From Azolla caroliniana (lineage: Eukaryota; Plantae; Polypodiophyta): DNA of 64,000 nucleotides. Shown here in pieces: positions 36,369 to 50,059 of this stretch. The translations under genes were made by a program, and so were the position numbers. The notes under the pieces are model-generated. The model was not told the origin of the DNA, searched no databases, and saw only the letters and a program-made list of their open reading frames with translations. Positions within the stretch are counted from its first letter, which is position 1, and each line of letters begins with the position of its first letter. The DNA lies in assembly GCA_043228905.1 (NCBI GenBank), contig JBHGNT010000006.1, positions 6,510,001-6,574,000 on the forward strand, given 5' to 3'.

Positions 36369-39300
36369 TCACTCATCGTTCTCCGATTCTCCGTCGGGCC
36401 CGAACTGATCGTCGTTGTCGCTACTGCTCGCAGGCTCCGGCTCGTCTTCGAACCGCTTCTTGAACGCGTTGATCCGCTTCCCGGCCACCGGCACCACTAA
36501 CCGTGTCCCGTCGAGTTCCGCAATGTGGTACGTGCCGTTGTCGTTCGCGCTCGTCACCCTGTAGGGCCCGAACCATCTCCTAGCGAACTTTCGCACCGCC
36601 TTGTGTTGATTGTCGAGGCTACTGTCGTATACCAAGACCAAGTCGCCTTCTTCGATCCTCTTTGGTCGCAACCGGTGCGTCCGGTTGAACCGGGTCTTGT
36701 TCCTCTCCCTTGCCGCTCGCAGCTTTTCCTTCGCCCGTTTCACGTCCTCCAGCCTCCGCTCGAGTTGCCGAATCCGCGCCGCCAGCAACTCCTCCCAGCT
36801 CATCTCGTCCTTCCAATCTACCGCCACCCATGAAGAAACCGTTCGTTCCACTGGCATGATCGGCTTATGTCCATACATCAGCTCTGCCGACATAAACCCT
36901 GTCACCGAACTGTGCGTAGTTCGGTCCGCCCATAGTGCGTAAGGAAGGAGCCACAGCCAATTCCCGACCTGCCCTCCGCATGCACACACCAACGCCTTTA
37001 CGATCGGCCCGTGCCCACGTTCTACCTTTCCGTTCGCCTCCAGATTGTACATCGTAGTGAGGGAGAGTTTGACGCCTAGCCGGTCGAACAGCTCCTCAGC
37101 TTCTCGCGCATCCAGCTCTCCTCGGTCCGCCACGATCCTCCCGACGCACCCGTACCGACACACTACCTCTTCGATCAGGAACCGGCATACCGCCACGGTT
37201 GTCTTGTTAAGTCTTCCCGCGCAAGCACTAGGTATCGCATCTGTCCTACCCCCATCGGCATCGTCACCAAGTCCCCCATCCACTTGAAATGGACCATAGG
37301 CGGGTAGGTCGGGTGTAGCTCGTCCCGGTGTCGGACTGTGGAGTGCATTTGACAGCTTTCGCCAGTCGTTACGAACCGATGCACATCCTGGTATAGCCCT
37401 GGCCACCAGTACTTCTCCTTAAGCTTCTCGAACGTGGCCCACTTTTCGCGGTGCCCGGCCCAAGGACTCTCGTGAAATGCCGCCAGTAGTTCCTCCTGTT
37501 CTTCTTTCTTTGTCACTACTCGGAGCGGGATGCCGTTTCTCTTCTTTGGGTGCCTCCATATGCACTTGTCCCGTAGGAAGAATCGGTACGCCTTCTTCCG
37601 TACCCGGCTCGCCTCTTCTCTCGTCCATGCTGCGTCCGGCGTCATCGTCCGTAGGAACCTCCCCATTTGGAGCCACTCCCCGTCGTACCTGCTTTCGTCA
37701 AATTCGTCAAGCGTCGGAGTATCCCTTTCCCTCGTCGCTATGTTAGCCGACCCGAAGAAGTCCTCGCCGACTTCTTCGTCATCCGAAACCATGTTGTCTT
37801 CGTCGTTGAACCTTGCTCTCGAAAGCATGTCGGCCATGGTGTTATCCTTTCCGGAGATGTGCCGTATCTCCAGGTTCAGGGATTTAATGTACGCTATCCA
37901 CCAGAGCATTGCTAGGTCCGGCGTCGCGCATCCGGAAACCATGCCGAGTATCAGTAGGCAATCTGTCTCGATGATCACCTCTATCCCGATCAGATAGTCC
38001 TTGTCAGCCTTGACTGCCGAAACGACACCCCAAAGCTCGCGCTTAACTTGGGCGTATCCTCGCTGCCGCTCGTTCAATACCTTCGCCCCGAACCGGATCG
38101 GGAATCGTACGTCGTCCTTGTCCTCCTGACTGATTGCCCACCCGATCCCGGTCGGGGTGGTGTCCACCGTCACGCAAATGGGGACATCCTTGCCGTAAAC
38201 CGCTTTACGGAGAGTTGGCGCTACCGTAAGCGCCTCCTTTAGTCTCCGTACCGACTCCGTGTGCTCCGTCCTCCACTCAAAGTTACGCCCCTTTTTCAAT
38301 AGTCTGTAGAGGGGTTCCGCGACATGTGCGTAGTCCAGGATCCAGATGTGGTAGAACATGCATGCTCCCAAAAATTTGCGGACCTCCGTGACCGAATTGG
38401 AGTCATGCTTCATCGCGGAGATGGCTTCCACCTTGGCCGGAGACAATTTCCGACCATATGGTACGCATAGGTGCCCGACGACCATGATCTCTGATTTCCT
38501 GAAGGCCGATTTTTCCCCAGAGAAGGTGAGCCTCGCACCTTCTAGTCTCTACAGCACCTTCTCGTAGTCATCGATGTGAGTCGCCACGAAATTCCGACAT
38601 CCGTCCGGTCCGATTGCCTCGTCCTTTTCCTCCACCAGGCATCCCCTAATCGGGATGTCATCTAAGTGGTGATGTCCGGGATACAATCCCTGACCACTTT
38701 GTTCATCCTGTTCACCATGTGAGCCACTAAGTTCGTCCCTCCTTGTGGTAGGGTACACATCCGCACTAGGCCGAGAGGGGTCTGCATCGTCGTAATGTCT
38801 CTGCTCTCCACAGCTAGTTGGAACTGATCGTACCCTGAGTACAGATCACCAACAGAGTAAATTGACCTTCCGGCGAAGGCCTCCACCAACTCGTCTATGA
38901 TCGGTCTGATTCCTGCGTTACGGATGGTCACCTTGTTGACTGGTTGCAGGTCCTGACTGAAGCGCAGTGTGCCGTTCTTCTTTGGCACCGTAAACCACCG
39001 ATTCGAATACGGGGCACTCGACGGCTCGAGGATGCCCATCTCCACCTTTTGCTTCAGAAGCTCCATCAACTTCGGGATGTGAGCTCTCGGCACTGGAATC
39101 GGTTTGAGATTCCACGGTACATGCGGTACCGTGAACATCACCATCGATTCGACGATCGTCGGGTCCACGCACCCGATCTCCTCCGGCGAGAACGCGAAGG
39201 CTTTTCCATGCCTTCCGAGCATTCTCCGAAACCTGTCCTCCTCCGCCCGCAGTAGAAAGCCACCCCCACCAACCTTGACCTCCCGTAGCGTTATGTCGGT

Positions 39301-41930
39301 GAACCGGTGCCCTATGCTAGCCAGATTCCGTAAACTCGGGTCCGACGCGACCCCTTTTATCCGCTCCTCGCTGCCCTCCGGCAAGGGTGCCGCGACTGGC
39401 CTCACCTTCCGATCCACAGTCTTGTACTTTGTATCCACGCGGGCCGTCCGATCCGACCCGATCCTTTCCCCGAAGTCCGCGATGACTTCGTACATTCCCA
39501 TTGAACCTACCGGAACGGTCCAGTCTTCTCTAAGGTCTTCACCAATCACCTTTCGCAGTTCGCCCAAGGTGTCGTCAAAAGAGACCGCCTCCACGGCGCC
39601 GCTGATGTCTTCGTCGGGGAAGAGCACTCCGCATCCCCTGAGCCACTCCTCCGCTCGCTTCCTCTCCCGGCCGCTGACGCCGGTTATAGTACAACCTCCA
39701 TTTTTAGAGAACCAAAACTTCCTACCTACTATACATGTGTGGGGTTCTTCCGGTACGTCCGGACTACCGCGGCCCCACGCCTTGATAGCCCTCTCCAAAA
39801 ATCTTGTCGGCTGCCGCCGCCGAGGGTCTCGTGATTCCTCTCATGGTTCGGTCGTACGATCATGAATTGGATGGAATGCCGACCGTCCTGGCTCTTGACG
39901 CGCGCGTACGCCGAACCGTTGTCCAGCACTTTTGTCTCCATGCGCGTTGTCGTAATGTATGGTTCGCCGAGAATCACCGGGTGCGAGGATGTTTCCTGCA
40001 CGAAGAAATGTTGATCTATCTCGACGTCACCGACCTTTACGCGTATATTCGGGCACGCCCCATGCAGCTCCTCCGTAGCACGTGTCGCCGCGCGTATCTT
40101 CCACCCGTGCTTGGTGTTGATCGGCCATTTACCCCTCTTGTAGAAATCCACGGACATCATGTTGATTTCGGATCCATGGTCTACCAGGGCCACCATCAGT
40201 TCCGGAACGTTGCCGATCCGCACAGGGGTTTCTATAGTTGCCCTAGCCCAGTGCGGCTTCGTGTAGTGGTTATCCACCAACTCGTCTTCTAGGGCCGCGT
40301 CTTCCAAACGCGTGGTCCGCACCTCCACTGGCTTCTTCGGTTCCGGCTCCGTCAACAGCCTTTTCCTCTTCACCAAGTCTACGATGGAGTCGTGGAACTC
40401 CTTCTTGGCGATCCCGAGCACTTACCTCAGCAACAACTCCACTTTGCTGTCGAGGATACGTTCCTCCAGGACCTTTCGCAGGTCTGTGGTCCTTTCGATT
40501 TTGGTGCTCAACCGAAACCCTGCCTGCTTCTTTCCGTCCGGCGCGCCTGGGTTGCCAGCACTGGTCGGTTTCAGTCCGAACAGGGTCTCATACCTCTGCG
40601 GGGGACCGACCCCTCCGGCCTTTCCTGCCCGTTTGTCTTCCACCAGAACCTCATAGTTCTGGCAAGCGGCTTCTACGAAGCCCGTTTTCTCTTCAACAGG
40701 ATCGTCCCAACCGGTGACCTCCTGGACCCGCTGTTCTGCGCGGTCCGCCTCTTCCTTCTTCAGCCGAACTCCGGAGAGGCCTTCTAGCACTAGCGACCAG
40801 AATCCGAAGTCCTTCGCCTTCCGTGTCTCATCACCCCCGACCTGAATTCCCGCCGACACTGAGTAGTTAACAGCTTCAACGTGTCGTGTCGCGGCCTCTT
40901 CCAACAACCTCTTCATTCCGTCGTGCCCCGTATTTAGTTCTAGGGCTCTCTAGGTCTCGCTCACGTGCACCAGCCCGTTCCAGAGGTACACCACGTTGGT
41001 CCTGAGCGTGTCGGCGAAATCCACGCAATCCTTCCGAATGTGACCGATCGTGTCACACCACATGCACTGCTGCCCAGCCGGCGGCCTCCGGTCGCGAGGT
41101 TGTTCATCGTTGTCTCTCCGGGCCTGTGCGATCTGCAGGTCGCGCACCATTTGTGTCAGCTCTTCTAGAGCCGCTCCTCCGGATGGGCCTCTAATCACGT
41201 CATTCGATGCCGACTTCGACTCTTACCAGATTTGGGTCTCTTCCTTCCTACCAGCCGGCACCGATACCGCCTCCTCGAGCCTCCTCGTCGGGACCGGCCC
41301 TAACCTCGACGAGCTTCCGTCGCTCCAATCGCGTCGTTTGTCGAAACGGCTATAGACCCGTTTTACCACGGCCCGGTCTGTCGTGAGCCCTTCGTCCGTT
41401 TCCAATAGGGGACCCACCATTTCCTTGTCGAGCGTGTCCACCGACTTGACAAACAATAGTACTCGACTCATTTCGAGCAAGGTTCGGTCCAGCATCGACA
41501 GCCACGCGAACCGTTTTTCGAACTCCTGGAGGAGCGTCGACGTGTTCCTCCCTTTTCCGGGGCTTTCCACCCACGCCATGAAGTCCCGCCTCGACAGCCG
41601 AAGCGAGTGGTCAAACCCGTACTTCTCGAGGAGCTGCAGCTTGAACTCCTCCCAAGTCTGGCATCCGGCCAGCACTTCGAGCACCTCCGCGTGGATGCTC
41701 GGCGTCACCACTCGAGGGAATCCAGACAACCGCCTGTCCACCGGGATATCCCTCATGAGCATTTTGGCCCGGTAAGCCTCCAAATAACTTGGGGCGTCTT
41801 TCCCTCCGAACCGGCCTATAGTGCCGACGATCGATTCAACGGCTCTGTCGAGAGTACCCGTCCCCTCACAAGCGCTTACCAGCCGGTCGATGGCTACAGC
41901 CATTGCCTCCGCTAGCTCTGATCCCCTCAT
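36369..41930 (-). pseudogene. Gypsy F gag-PR / RT-RNase H-INT, disrupted
   Basis: CMWCDTIGHIRKDC knuckle, LVDHGSEIN protease, DLYSGYDQ RT, VDTTPTGIG RNase H, and integrase ANGKVERGH...WFGPY. No chromodomain. Confidence 0.9.
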
Positions 41931-42033
41931 CTTTCGACTCCTTTGCCGCCTGTTCACGTCAGGTTCACCAAATATGTCGCGTTGTTACGCGCGTGCGTGT
42001 AGAAAGAGGCGGGACCACGGGGGTCTCAGACCA

Positions 42034-42072
<39 letters not shown>

Positions 42073-42377
42073 GTACATAGAGAGAGATTAAGAGCAGGAA
42101 AAAAAAAATAGGAATCTGATTACTATAGTCAGTAGCTTACAACCGGCAACCCGGTAATAGACCCGACACGGGGTCCTACTCACGCACACGAACGACAGCC
42201 ACACAACTCGAAGAAACAAGAGGGGAAAGGGGAAGGATAGAGACTCTGCTGGAAACACACGGGCTGTCCACGAAGCAGAGGCAGCAACTCCCGACACCCG
42301 TAAAGAATGATGATTTGAGGAGAGAGAGGGAGACTGGCACTCGGTTCCGCAGCAGCACTTCGTCTTAGCCAAAGCGC

Positions 42378-42507
42378 TGTCGCGTTGTTATGCGCGTGCG
42401 TGGAGAAAGGCGGGACCACGGGGGTCTTGGACTAGGGAGTGATGGAGCGTAGGAAGTCGTGCTTCACCGTTTCCGGGACATCCCAGAATCACACCGGAAG
42501 CAACCGA

Positions 42508-42563
<56 letters not shown>

Positions 42564-45500
42564 TTAACACCGACTCACGCACACTCACTCACACACACAC
42601 AGGCCAGCCCGACTCACACCCTTAAGTACAGGAAGTGCAGGAAAGGGAAAGCACCCGACACCAACGAAGACGCGAATATACACAGACAAACGTATATATA
42701 TATATATATATATAAAGGAGAATACATTCCCGGCTTCGAGCCGGACTGAGGTAGGTTACAGTAGTCGTCTGCTGCCAAGCTGCCGTCGGGGAGCTCACAG
42801 GCTCGTCGCGCCGAGCGGGGTCTTGCGCAGGAGATGAGCTTAAGCAAACCCTAAATGAACACGAAGGGGGAAGAAGAAGAAGAAGAAACCTAACTCTAAA
42901 CCTAACGGTATACCCTCGAATGCAAAATGGGCAACCCTTTCACAAAGGGCGTTCCCTTCCTTTTATAGAACAAGGAAAGGGATACGTTACAATGTGGGAC
43001 AAATCCCGCCTTACATGGGATCGTCTGCCCCGACTTGACTACTCTTCGGAGCCATAAAGGTGCCCTCGATATTCACACTAATTGTACATGGGTGCGTACA
43101 CACGCTGCACCTCGCCGATGTAGCCAATGTTTCCCGGTTTCCGCCTCTGGCCGAAATTCTTCACGACATCCGCCCCCACCTAACTGCACGTCCACCGGTA
43201 CGTGCCAAATCTGGTTGAAGGGTGAGAGATTTCGGCCGGTGAGAAACCGGTCTCCCGTGATCCGCATCTTAGCTCGCTACCAGTTTGATCCGTCGGCTTA
43301 GAGTCTTCCTTCGCGCTCACCTCCCCGTAGGCTCGTTCGGCCCGTCGATGGGTCCTCTGGCGCGATCTCCGTAGTACACGTACTTCCGTTGGCCCTTGTT
43401 CGGCCGTATGAACGCCCCGCTTCCCGCCGTATGCCCGATGTCCTCCGTTTGAGGAACGCCCATAGCAGCCCGCTTGGCCTCCGTTGATCATTTGCGTCGT
43501 CCTGATTGTCGTCCCATGTCGTTTCGCGTTGTCCTCGTCCTTTCGCCGCCACCTTCCTTCTCCATGGTCTTACATCGCCGTGTCGGCTCGAACCGCCATG
43601 GTCTCCAGAACGGTGTGGAGGATCCCTTTCCGGCCTTCTTCGCGCTGGCCTTCCCGCTCCGGCACCTCCGTGTGCCACATACCCTCGTCCATTGTTTGGC
43701 ACCGCATGTGTCGTACTCCAGTTCATTGCACGCCTCGTCGGCCCCTTTCCCGGCCAGATCGTGCATCGCCGCTCACCCGCATACCGATGTCCTTTGCATC
43801 CGAGGAACACCCCATAGTAGCCTGCTTGGCCCTCTCGTCTTCGTGCTGCTGCAACAGGTCCTGAGTCTTTCGTTTGCCGTCGTCCCCTCGCCCCCACCAG
43901 CTTGTCATCCCGGCTTGCCGTGTCAGTCTTCACTACTTCAACGGCACTACAGAGATCTACGAAGCGAGTGTGGAGGATCCTCCTCCGGCCTCTCTTGCCA
44001 TCCCCTGACTCTGACCCTGTGCAGTCCACTAGGTACTTGTCACCTCGTTCCCGGCACCTCCCTTGTGCCGTCTTCCGCTTCCTTCGTTCGGCCCCGCCTG
44101 CGCCGAACACCGTCCCTTAGTCACGCTTCGATCCGGCCCGCGATGGCCACTTGCGAGACTCTTGTTCTGTCCAAGGTGTGCCTTTCCGGCCTAACACACC
44201 TCCCCGTGTTTGCCCCTACCGGCTCCTTCCGAAACCTCGTGTCATCGGGTCCCGTTCCCTGCCGCCACCTTCCTTCTCCCTCGGTCTTACGTTGCCACGT
44301 TGGCCGAACCGCCGAGGTCTCCGGATCGGTGTGAGGGTCCTGTAGGACCGGACTCCGTTTCTATGCTTGCCGAAAATCGGGTGTCTTTTGTTTGAGTCCC
44401 TCCTGAACTCTCCTCGTGTCTTCCGCGTAGCCGGGTCCCGTTTCCCTCCGCCACCTTCCTTCTCCCTCGGTCTTACGTTGCCACGTTGGCCGAACCGCCG
44501 GAGTCTCTGGTTAAGTGTGGGGATCCCGTAGGACCGAACTTCTTTACGCCCATAGCATTCGTCACCTCGCCGCCACCGTCAGTATCTTGGTCTTACGTCG
44601 ACCGCGTTGCCGACTGCCGAAGTCTCTAGAACCGGTGTGAAGGATCCTCCGTAGGCTGCCCGTCCGTAGCCCCTTTGTCTTCGTCACCTCGCCACCACCG
44701 TCAGTATCTTGGTCTTACGTCGACCGCGTTGCCGACTGCCGAGGTCTCTAGAACCGGTGTGAAGGATCATCTGTAGACCTCCGATTTGTCTTCCCGACCC
44801 TGTCTCGGGTCGTCCTTTTCCGCATGCCGAGAGGGCGGTTTACTCCACACCCTCTCCCGTGGTACCAACGTACCGTGTCCTCGGCCTCTTCGTAGGCCAG
44901 CTTCCCATCCTTCCTCCCGGAATGGTCATCCGGGAGTTCTCTCCGCCCGGTTCACGTCCGGGTCCGTTCGTCCTTCTCCAGATTGTCGGGTCTCGTTCTC
45001 CTGTCGCCACCGTCTCTCGTATAGGACTTACACCAGCACTCAGGCCGGCAGCCGGATCGGTGTAAGGAATCCCATAGGACCGGCTTTCATTCTCTTTCCA
45101 AATCTCGACCTTCGCCCGGTCGGTCTTTCTCCCCATGTAAAAGAGGGCAGCTCGTCCCGCATCCTCTCCCGTATCGGCACCTTTATGCCGAGTCCGGCCC
45201 CGATCGAACAATCCACAACCGGATCACGCTCCACCCGTATCGGAATGCCGATCTCCTCGTGCCGCTTCTGTCCTTGGCCTCCTCGCAGGCCGTTTCCCAT
45301 CCGACTTCGTTGGCATCGTGCCAGGACTCCTCGGTACTGCCATCCATCTCCTCGGTCTTACATGGGCATACGGGCCCGAATGCCGAGTTCTCCGGAATCG
45401 GGTCCGTGGGCTTTCGTCCATTCCTTTCCCGTATCGTCTCGCCGGTGATTCTTGGTCCATCGCCACCGCCTTCATCCGCTTGGGACTTACGTGGGCACTC

Positions 45501-47433
45501 GGGCCCGACTGCCATCGTCTCGGGAGCAAGTGTGGGAAGACACAAAGAACCGCCCGTCCGTTTTACGCCCTTGTCCGTAGCCACCGACTCTTCGTGGTTG
45601 GCGGTCGTCTTCTTACTGATCGCGCAAGCCCCGTCTGGGCTTGCTTCCCCAATGACCGGGATCTCGGGCTGACACACCCGAAACCGCTAGTCCCAACGTT
45701 CCGGTTCCGCGATCGGTATCTCGGCCTCGTCCTTGGCCGTTCTATGTCCGCAAGTCAAGAGGACGTTTCGTTCTGCACCCTCTCCCGTGGTACCGTCGTA
45801 CCGATCTTCTGCCGTCGCGTGGGGCAAGTCCGTCTCCTCAGTCTCGGCTTGCGGCCTTGATCTTTCCTCTTCCTCGAGCATCGCCTCAAGAGCTGCATAC
45901 GCCTCCGCAATCCTGGCCCCAACGCCGATCCTTGCCAACTCGCTTTTCCGTTCGGCCTCTTCCCGCTGTGATGGCACGCCGTCGCGCCCCTTCCTCTTAG
46001 CCTTCTAGAATCGCTCTTTGTCTAGCCGTTGGCACACCCTTCCAGCCTTCGACCAGTCCTCCGTAAGCCCATTTGCTCCATCATCGTCTTCGAGCTCAAT
46101 CCCGATGGCTTCCCGTTCCGCTCGGTCGATCGACCTGACGAACAATAGGACCTTGTCCGCCCCCACCAAACCTTGTTCCCGCTCCGGGAGCCAAGCAAGC
46201 CGTCGCTCGAAATCTCGGAACGCCATGGTCACGCCCCGGTGGGTCTTTGCCGATGCTACCCACTGGTCAAAGTCGTGTCGTCCCCGGCTCTTCCGCCGTC
46301 CTCCGTATGCCTTCAGGAGCGCCTCTTCGAAGGCCTCCCACGAACTATGAGCCTCACGGAGCTCCTTTACTTCCGCATGTATCCGGACAGCCACGACCCG
46401 ACAGAAGAACTCCAGCCTCAACGCCTCGTCTATGCCACACTCCTCCATTTCCGTGTTGTAGGCTTCCAAGTAAGACGGGACTTTGTCCCCGTTGAAACGG
46501 CCGACTCTTTCGACCACTCGCTCAACCGCCTGTTGTGCTGCTTCTCGCCTCATCACCACTCATGCCGACTCCAACACCACTTCGGCCACCATCTCCGCAA
46601 GGTCATCGCCTTCCGACTCCATCCTCCCTTGCCGCCTTTCACATCGGGTTCACCAAATATGTCGCGTTGTTACGCGCGTGCGTGGAGAAAGGCGGGACCA
46701 CGGGGGTCTTGGACTAGGGAGTGATGGAGCGTAGGAAGTCGTGCTTCACCGTTTCCGGGACATCCCAGAATCACACCGGAAGCAACCGAAGGGAGAGAGA
46801 GAGAGTGTGTGTGTGCGCGCTTAACACCGACTCACGCACACTCACTCACACACACACACACACACACACACAGGCCAGCCCGACTCACACCCTTAAGTAC
46901 AGGAAGTGCAGGAGAGGGGAAGCACCCGACACCAACGAAGACGCAAATATACACAGACAAACGTATATATATATATATAAAGGAGAATACATTCCCGGCT
47001 TTGAGCCGGACTGAGGTAGGTTACAGTAGTCGTCTGCTGCCAAGCTGCCGTCGGGGAGCTCACAGGCTCGTCGCGCCGAGCGGGGTCTTGCGCAGGAGAT
47101 GAGCTTAAGCAAACCCTAAACGAACACGAAGGGGGAAGAAGAAGAAGAAGAAACCTAACTCTAAACCTAACGGTATACCCTCGAATGCAAAATGGGCAAC
47201 CCTTTCACAAAGGGCATTCCCTTCCTTTTATAGAACAAGGAAAGGGATGCGTTACAATGTGGGACAAATCCCGCCTTACATGGGATCGTCTGCCCCGACT
47301 TGACTACTCTTCGGCGCCATAAAGGCGCCCTCGATATTCACACTAAATGTACATGGGTGCGTACACACGCTGCACCCCGCCGATGTAGCCAATGTTTCCC
47401 GGTTTCCGCCTCTGGCCGAAATTCTTCACGACA
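42378..47433 (-). mobile_element. Gypsy G, a non-autonomous gag-only element inserted in the 5' LTR of F
   Basis: Near-identical LTRs 42378-43168 and 46660-47433; TSD GCGC/GCGT; Trp PBS at ~46638-46655; PPT AGGTGGGGGCGGA. Confidence 0.92.
46005..46559 (-). CDS. Gag-like protein of element G
   Basis: VGRFNGDKVPSYLEAY and VLLFVRSID...GLTEDW, homologous to the F and E gags. Confidence 0.75.
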   Translation of the reverse strand: MVMRREAAQQAVERVVERVGRFNGDKVPSYLEAYNTEMEECGIDEALRLEFFCRVVAVRIHAEVKELREAHSSWEAFEEALLKAYGGRRKSRGRHDFDQWVASAKTHRGVTMAFRDFERRLAWLPEREQGLVGADKVLLFVRSIDRAEREAIGIELEDDDGANGLTEDWSKAGRVCQRLDKERF

Positions 47434-48565
47434 GCGTGATGTCTTCTCTCCCTTCTCTCCTCTCCTTAAATAGTTCCCAAAAAGGGGGTGCCCTTTCTCC
47501 CTAGTCAAATCACTTTATTCCCTGTCCCTTCTGACAGAGATACGCACAATCCCCTAATAAATGTGTACTTAGTATTTACATCAGCGGATCCATTTATGAA
47601 TCATGTACAAAATATCAAAATGTCAATTCTTGCCTCCATCCGTGTAAGAGTCGGTTCATGTGCCTTTTTCTCTGATTCCGCCTATGCCCGGTTTTCTTCA
47701 CGACACCGTGCTCAACAATGCGATTGTCGGTTGCTTCTTACTACTCCAAGAGATCACTCCGTTACCAACAGAGAAGACGAATCCGGATGTGGATCGTCTA
47801 TCGGCTTTGTATCTTGTCCAGTCCACGTTTGTGTATACTTTGAATCGAATGGTCATATTTGACTGATACATAATGCCATAATCCATCGTCGTATTGACAT
47901 ACCAGAGTATCCTCTTAGCGCAATCGAGATGAAAGTTTCGCGGAGTCTACATGAATTGACTAAGTAGATTGATCGAATAACTGAGGTCGGGTCGCGTAAT
48001 GGTGAGATAGATTAAGTTGCCGATCAGTTGACGATACTGAGTTGACTTGCACTCGGCTATGTCGGAATCGGCATCAATCTTGAGATTACGATCAAGAGGT
48101 GTAGACACAAGTGTGCACTCGGTCATTCCGAACTTGTACAGATGGTTGAGAATGTAGTGCCATAGAGAAATCATTATTCCGACTGTTGTCCGAATTACTT
48201 CAATGCCAAGGAAGTAATGGAGCTCGTGCAGGTCTTTCATTTCGAATCTACCGGAAAGAAGGGATTTGACCTTGTTAATCTCGGCGAGATCTTTTCCTCC
48301 GATGACCAAATCATCCACGTAAAGGATGATGACAATTGGGCTATGCGACTCGTTTCGGATGTACAAGGAAGTATCGAATTTTGATATTCGAAATCGGATT
48401 TGATGAAGATATTGCATGATCTTCGAGTGCCACGCTCGTGGTGCTTGTTTGAGGCTATAGAGAGGCTTCTTGAGTCGGCACACGGAATTCGGATGATTGC
48501 CCGATTCAAAACTAGGTGATTGGATCATGTACACCGGAACTTTGGATTAATATGGAGGGAGCCGA

Positions 48566-49037
48566 AAGAGAGAACGCGTATCCGAACGTGGATCGGCGAT
48601 CGGTGGCGTTACCAGCCCAATCAGCATCAGTGTAGCCGACCAACTGCGAGGTTGTACCGGTCCGATATAGCACTCCCCAATCCTTAGTGCCGCTTACGTA
48701 CCGCAGTACGCGTTGCACACACAGAAGGTGCTCCTCGGTAGGTCGCGCCATGAACTGACTGATCACCCCGACCGGATAACTGAGATCGGGTCGGGTGATT
48801 GTCAAGTAGATAAGGCTTCCAACAATTTGTCAGAACCTCGTCGAGTCGCATACCTTGCCGGAATTGGGGCGAAGCTTCACGGTTCTATCTAGAGGAATCG
48901 AGACGGACTTACAATCGGCCATCCCGAATTTGAAGAGCATATTCAACGCGTAATGACGTTGGCTGCTCACTATGCCTTCGGGGGTGCAGATCACTTTGAT
49001 CCTGAGGAAGTAATGAAGGTCCCCCAGATCCTTCATG
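48566..49037 (-). mobile_element. Displaced Copia RT/RNase H fragment (MKDLG...DRRSTFGYAFSL)
   Basis: It ends where the Copia B RNase H piece at 33601 (SAAIAWSSKKQ) begins. Confidence 0.8.
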
Positions 49038-50059
49038 TTAATCCATTTTTCAAGAAGAACTTTCGAAGTTGCCGCTTCTTACTTCGGATCTCGGCTCTCT
49101 TCTCTTTATTGTCCGATGATTCCTCGATTTCTTGTAGCAGTTTCCCGATCAGCAAGCTTTTTCCCTCGTATTCTTCTTCCCGGAATTCTTGGATTGCGTT
49201 CACTCGGCATATGTGCTCCGAAGCAAAGTAGTCTTCGCAAAACTTCTTCATTATCGGATTCGATTATGTCATCTCCGAACCGCGCCCTTGATAGCATATC
49301 CGCTACCGCATTGTCTTTTCCGGAGATGTGTCGTACCTCCGGATTAAGTGACTTAACATATGCAATCCATCTTAGCATAGCCACATCCGGTATCGTGCAA
49401 CACCGCATCATCCCGAGTATCGGAAGACAATCCGTTTCAATCACTACTTCGGCTCCGATCAAATAATCTCGATCCGATTTGATTGCCGACACGACTCCCC
49501 ATAATTCTCTTTTGACTTGTGCATATCCTCGTTGCGTTTCATTGAGAACCTTTGCTCCGAATCGGATCGGATATCGCGAACCATCCGAGTCGGCTTGATT
49601 GATGACCCATCTGATTCCGGTTGGACTTGTGTCAACCGTTACTATGATCGGTCGGTCATAGTTCGGCTTCTTTAATGCGTTTGCCCTCCGTAGTGATTTC
49701 TTGAGCTTCTTCACGGCTTTGGTATGCCCCGGTTTCCATTCAAACTTCTTACCCTTCCGCAACAAGTGATAGAGTGGGTCCGCAATATGTGCATAGTGCG
49801 GAATCCATATGTGGTAGAATGCACACGCTCCGAGAAACCTTCGGACTTCGGATTGTGACTCGCATATTTCTTTCATCGCTTGAATCGCATCGATCTTGGT
49901 CAGTGACGGTCTTCGGCCATAGGGCCCACATAGATGTCCGACTACCAATATCTCTTCTTGCCCAAATGTTGATTTCTCCTCGGAAAGTGTTAGCTGCACA
50001 TCTTCTAACTTTCGAAGCACTTTCTCGCAATCGCGAATATGGTCGACTATGAACTGTCG

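Larger units (their letters stand above)
35605..47705 (-). mobile_element. Gypsy F, full-length but decayed (tRNA-Trp PBS)
   Basis: 3' LTR 35605-36321; 5' LTR 41975-42377 plus 47438-47705; TSD CCGT on both sides; PBS 41953-41970. Confidence 0.93.
34815..48535 (-). mobile_element. Ty1/Copia element H (A-like family) 3' part: RT, RNase H and 3' LTR (~34815-35063), interrupted by Gypsy F
   Basis: RT YVDD in ORF 48534-47947. The RNase H motif ALLST|EAEY is split by Gypsy F. The LTR resembles that of Copia A. Confidence 0.85.

Noticed and set aside
42846-42906. Interstitial telomere repeat in the G LTRs
   Set aside because: Only one AAACCCTAA plus degenerate units; at most a telo-box motif.
43298-45860. 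Many overlapping ORFs on both strands in element G, and antisense ORFs across D, E and F
   Set aside because: Expected in GC-rich sequence and opposite real coding frames; no recognisable domains.
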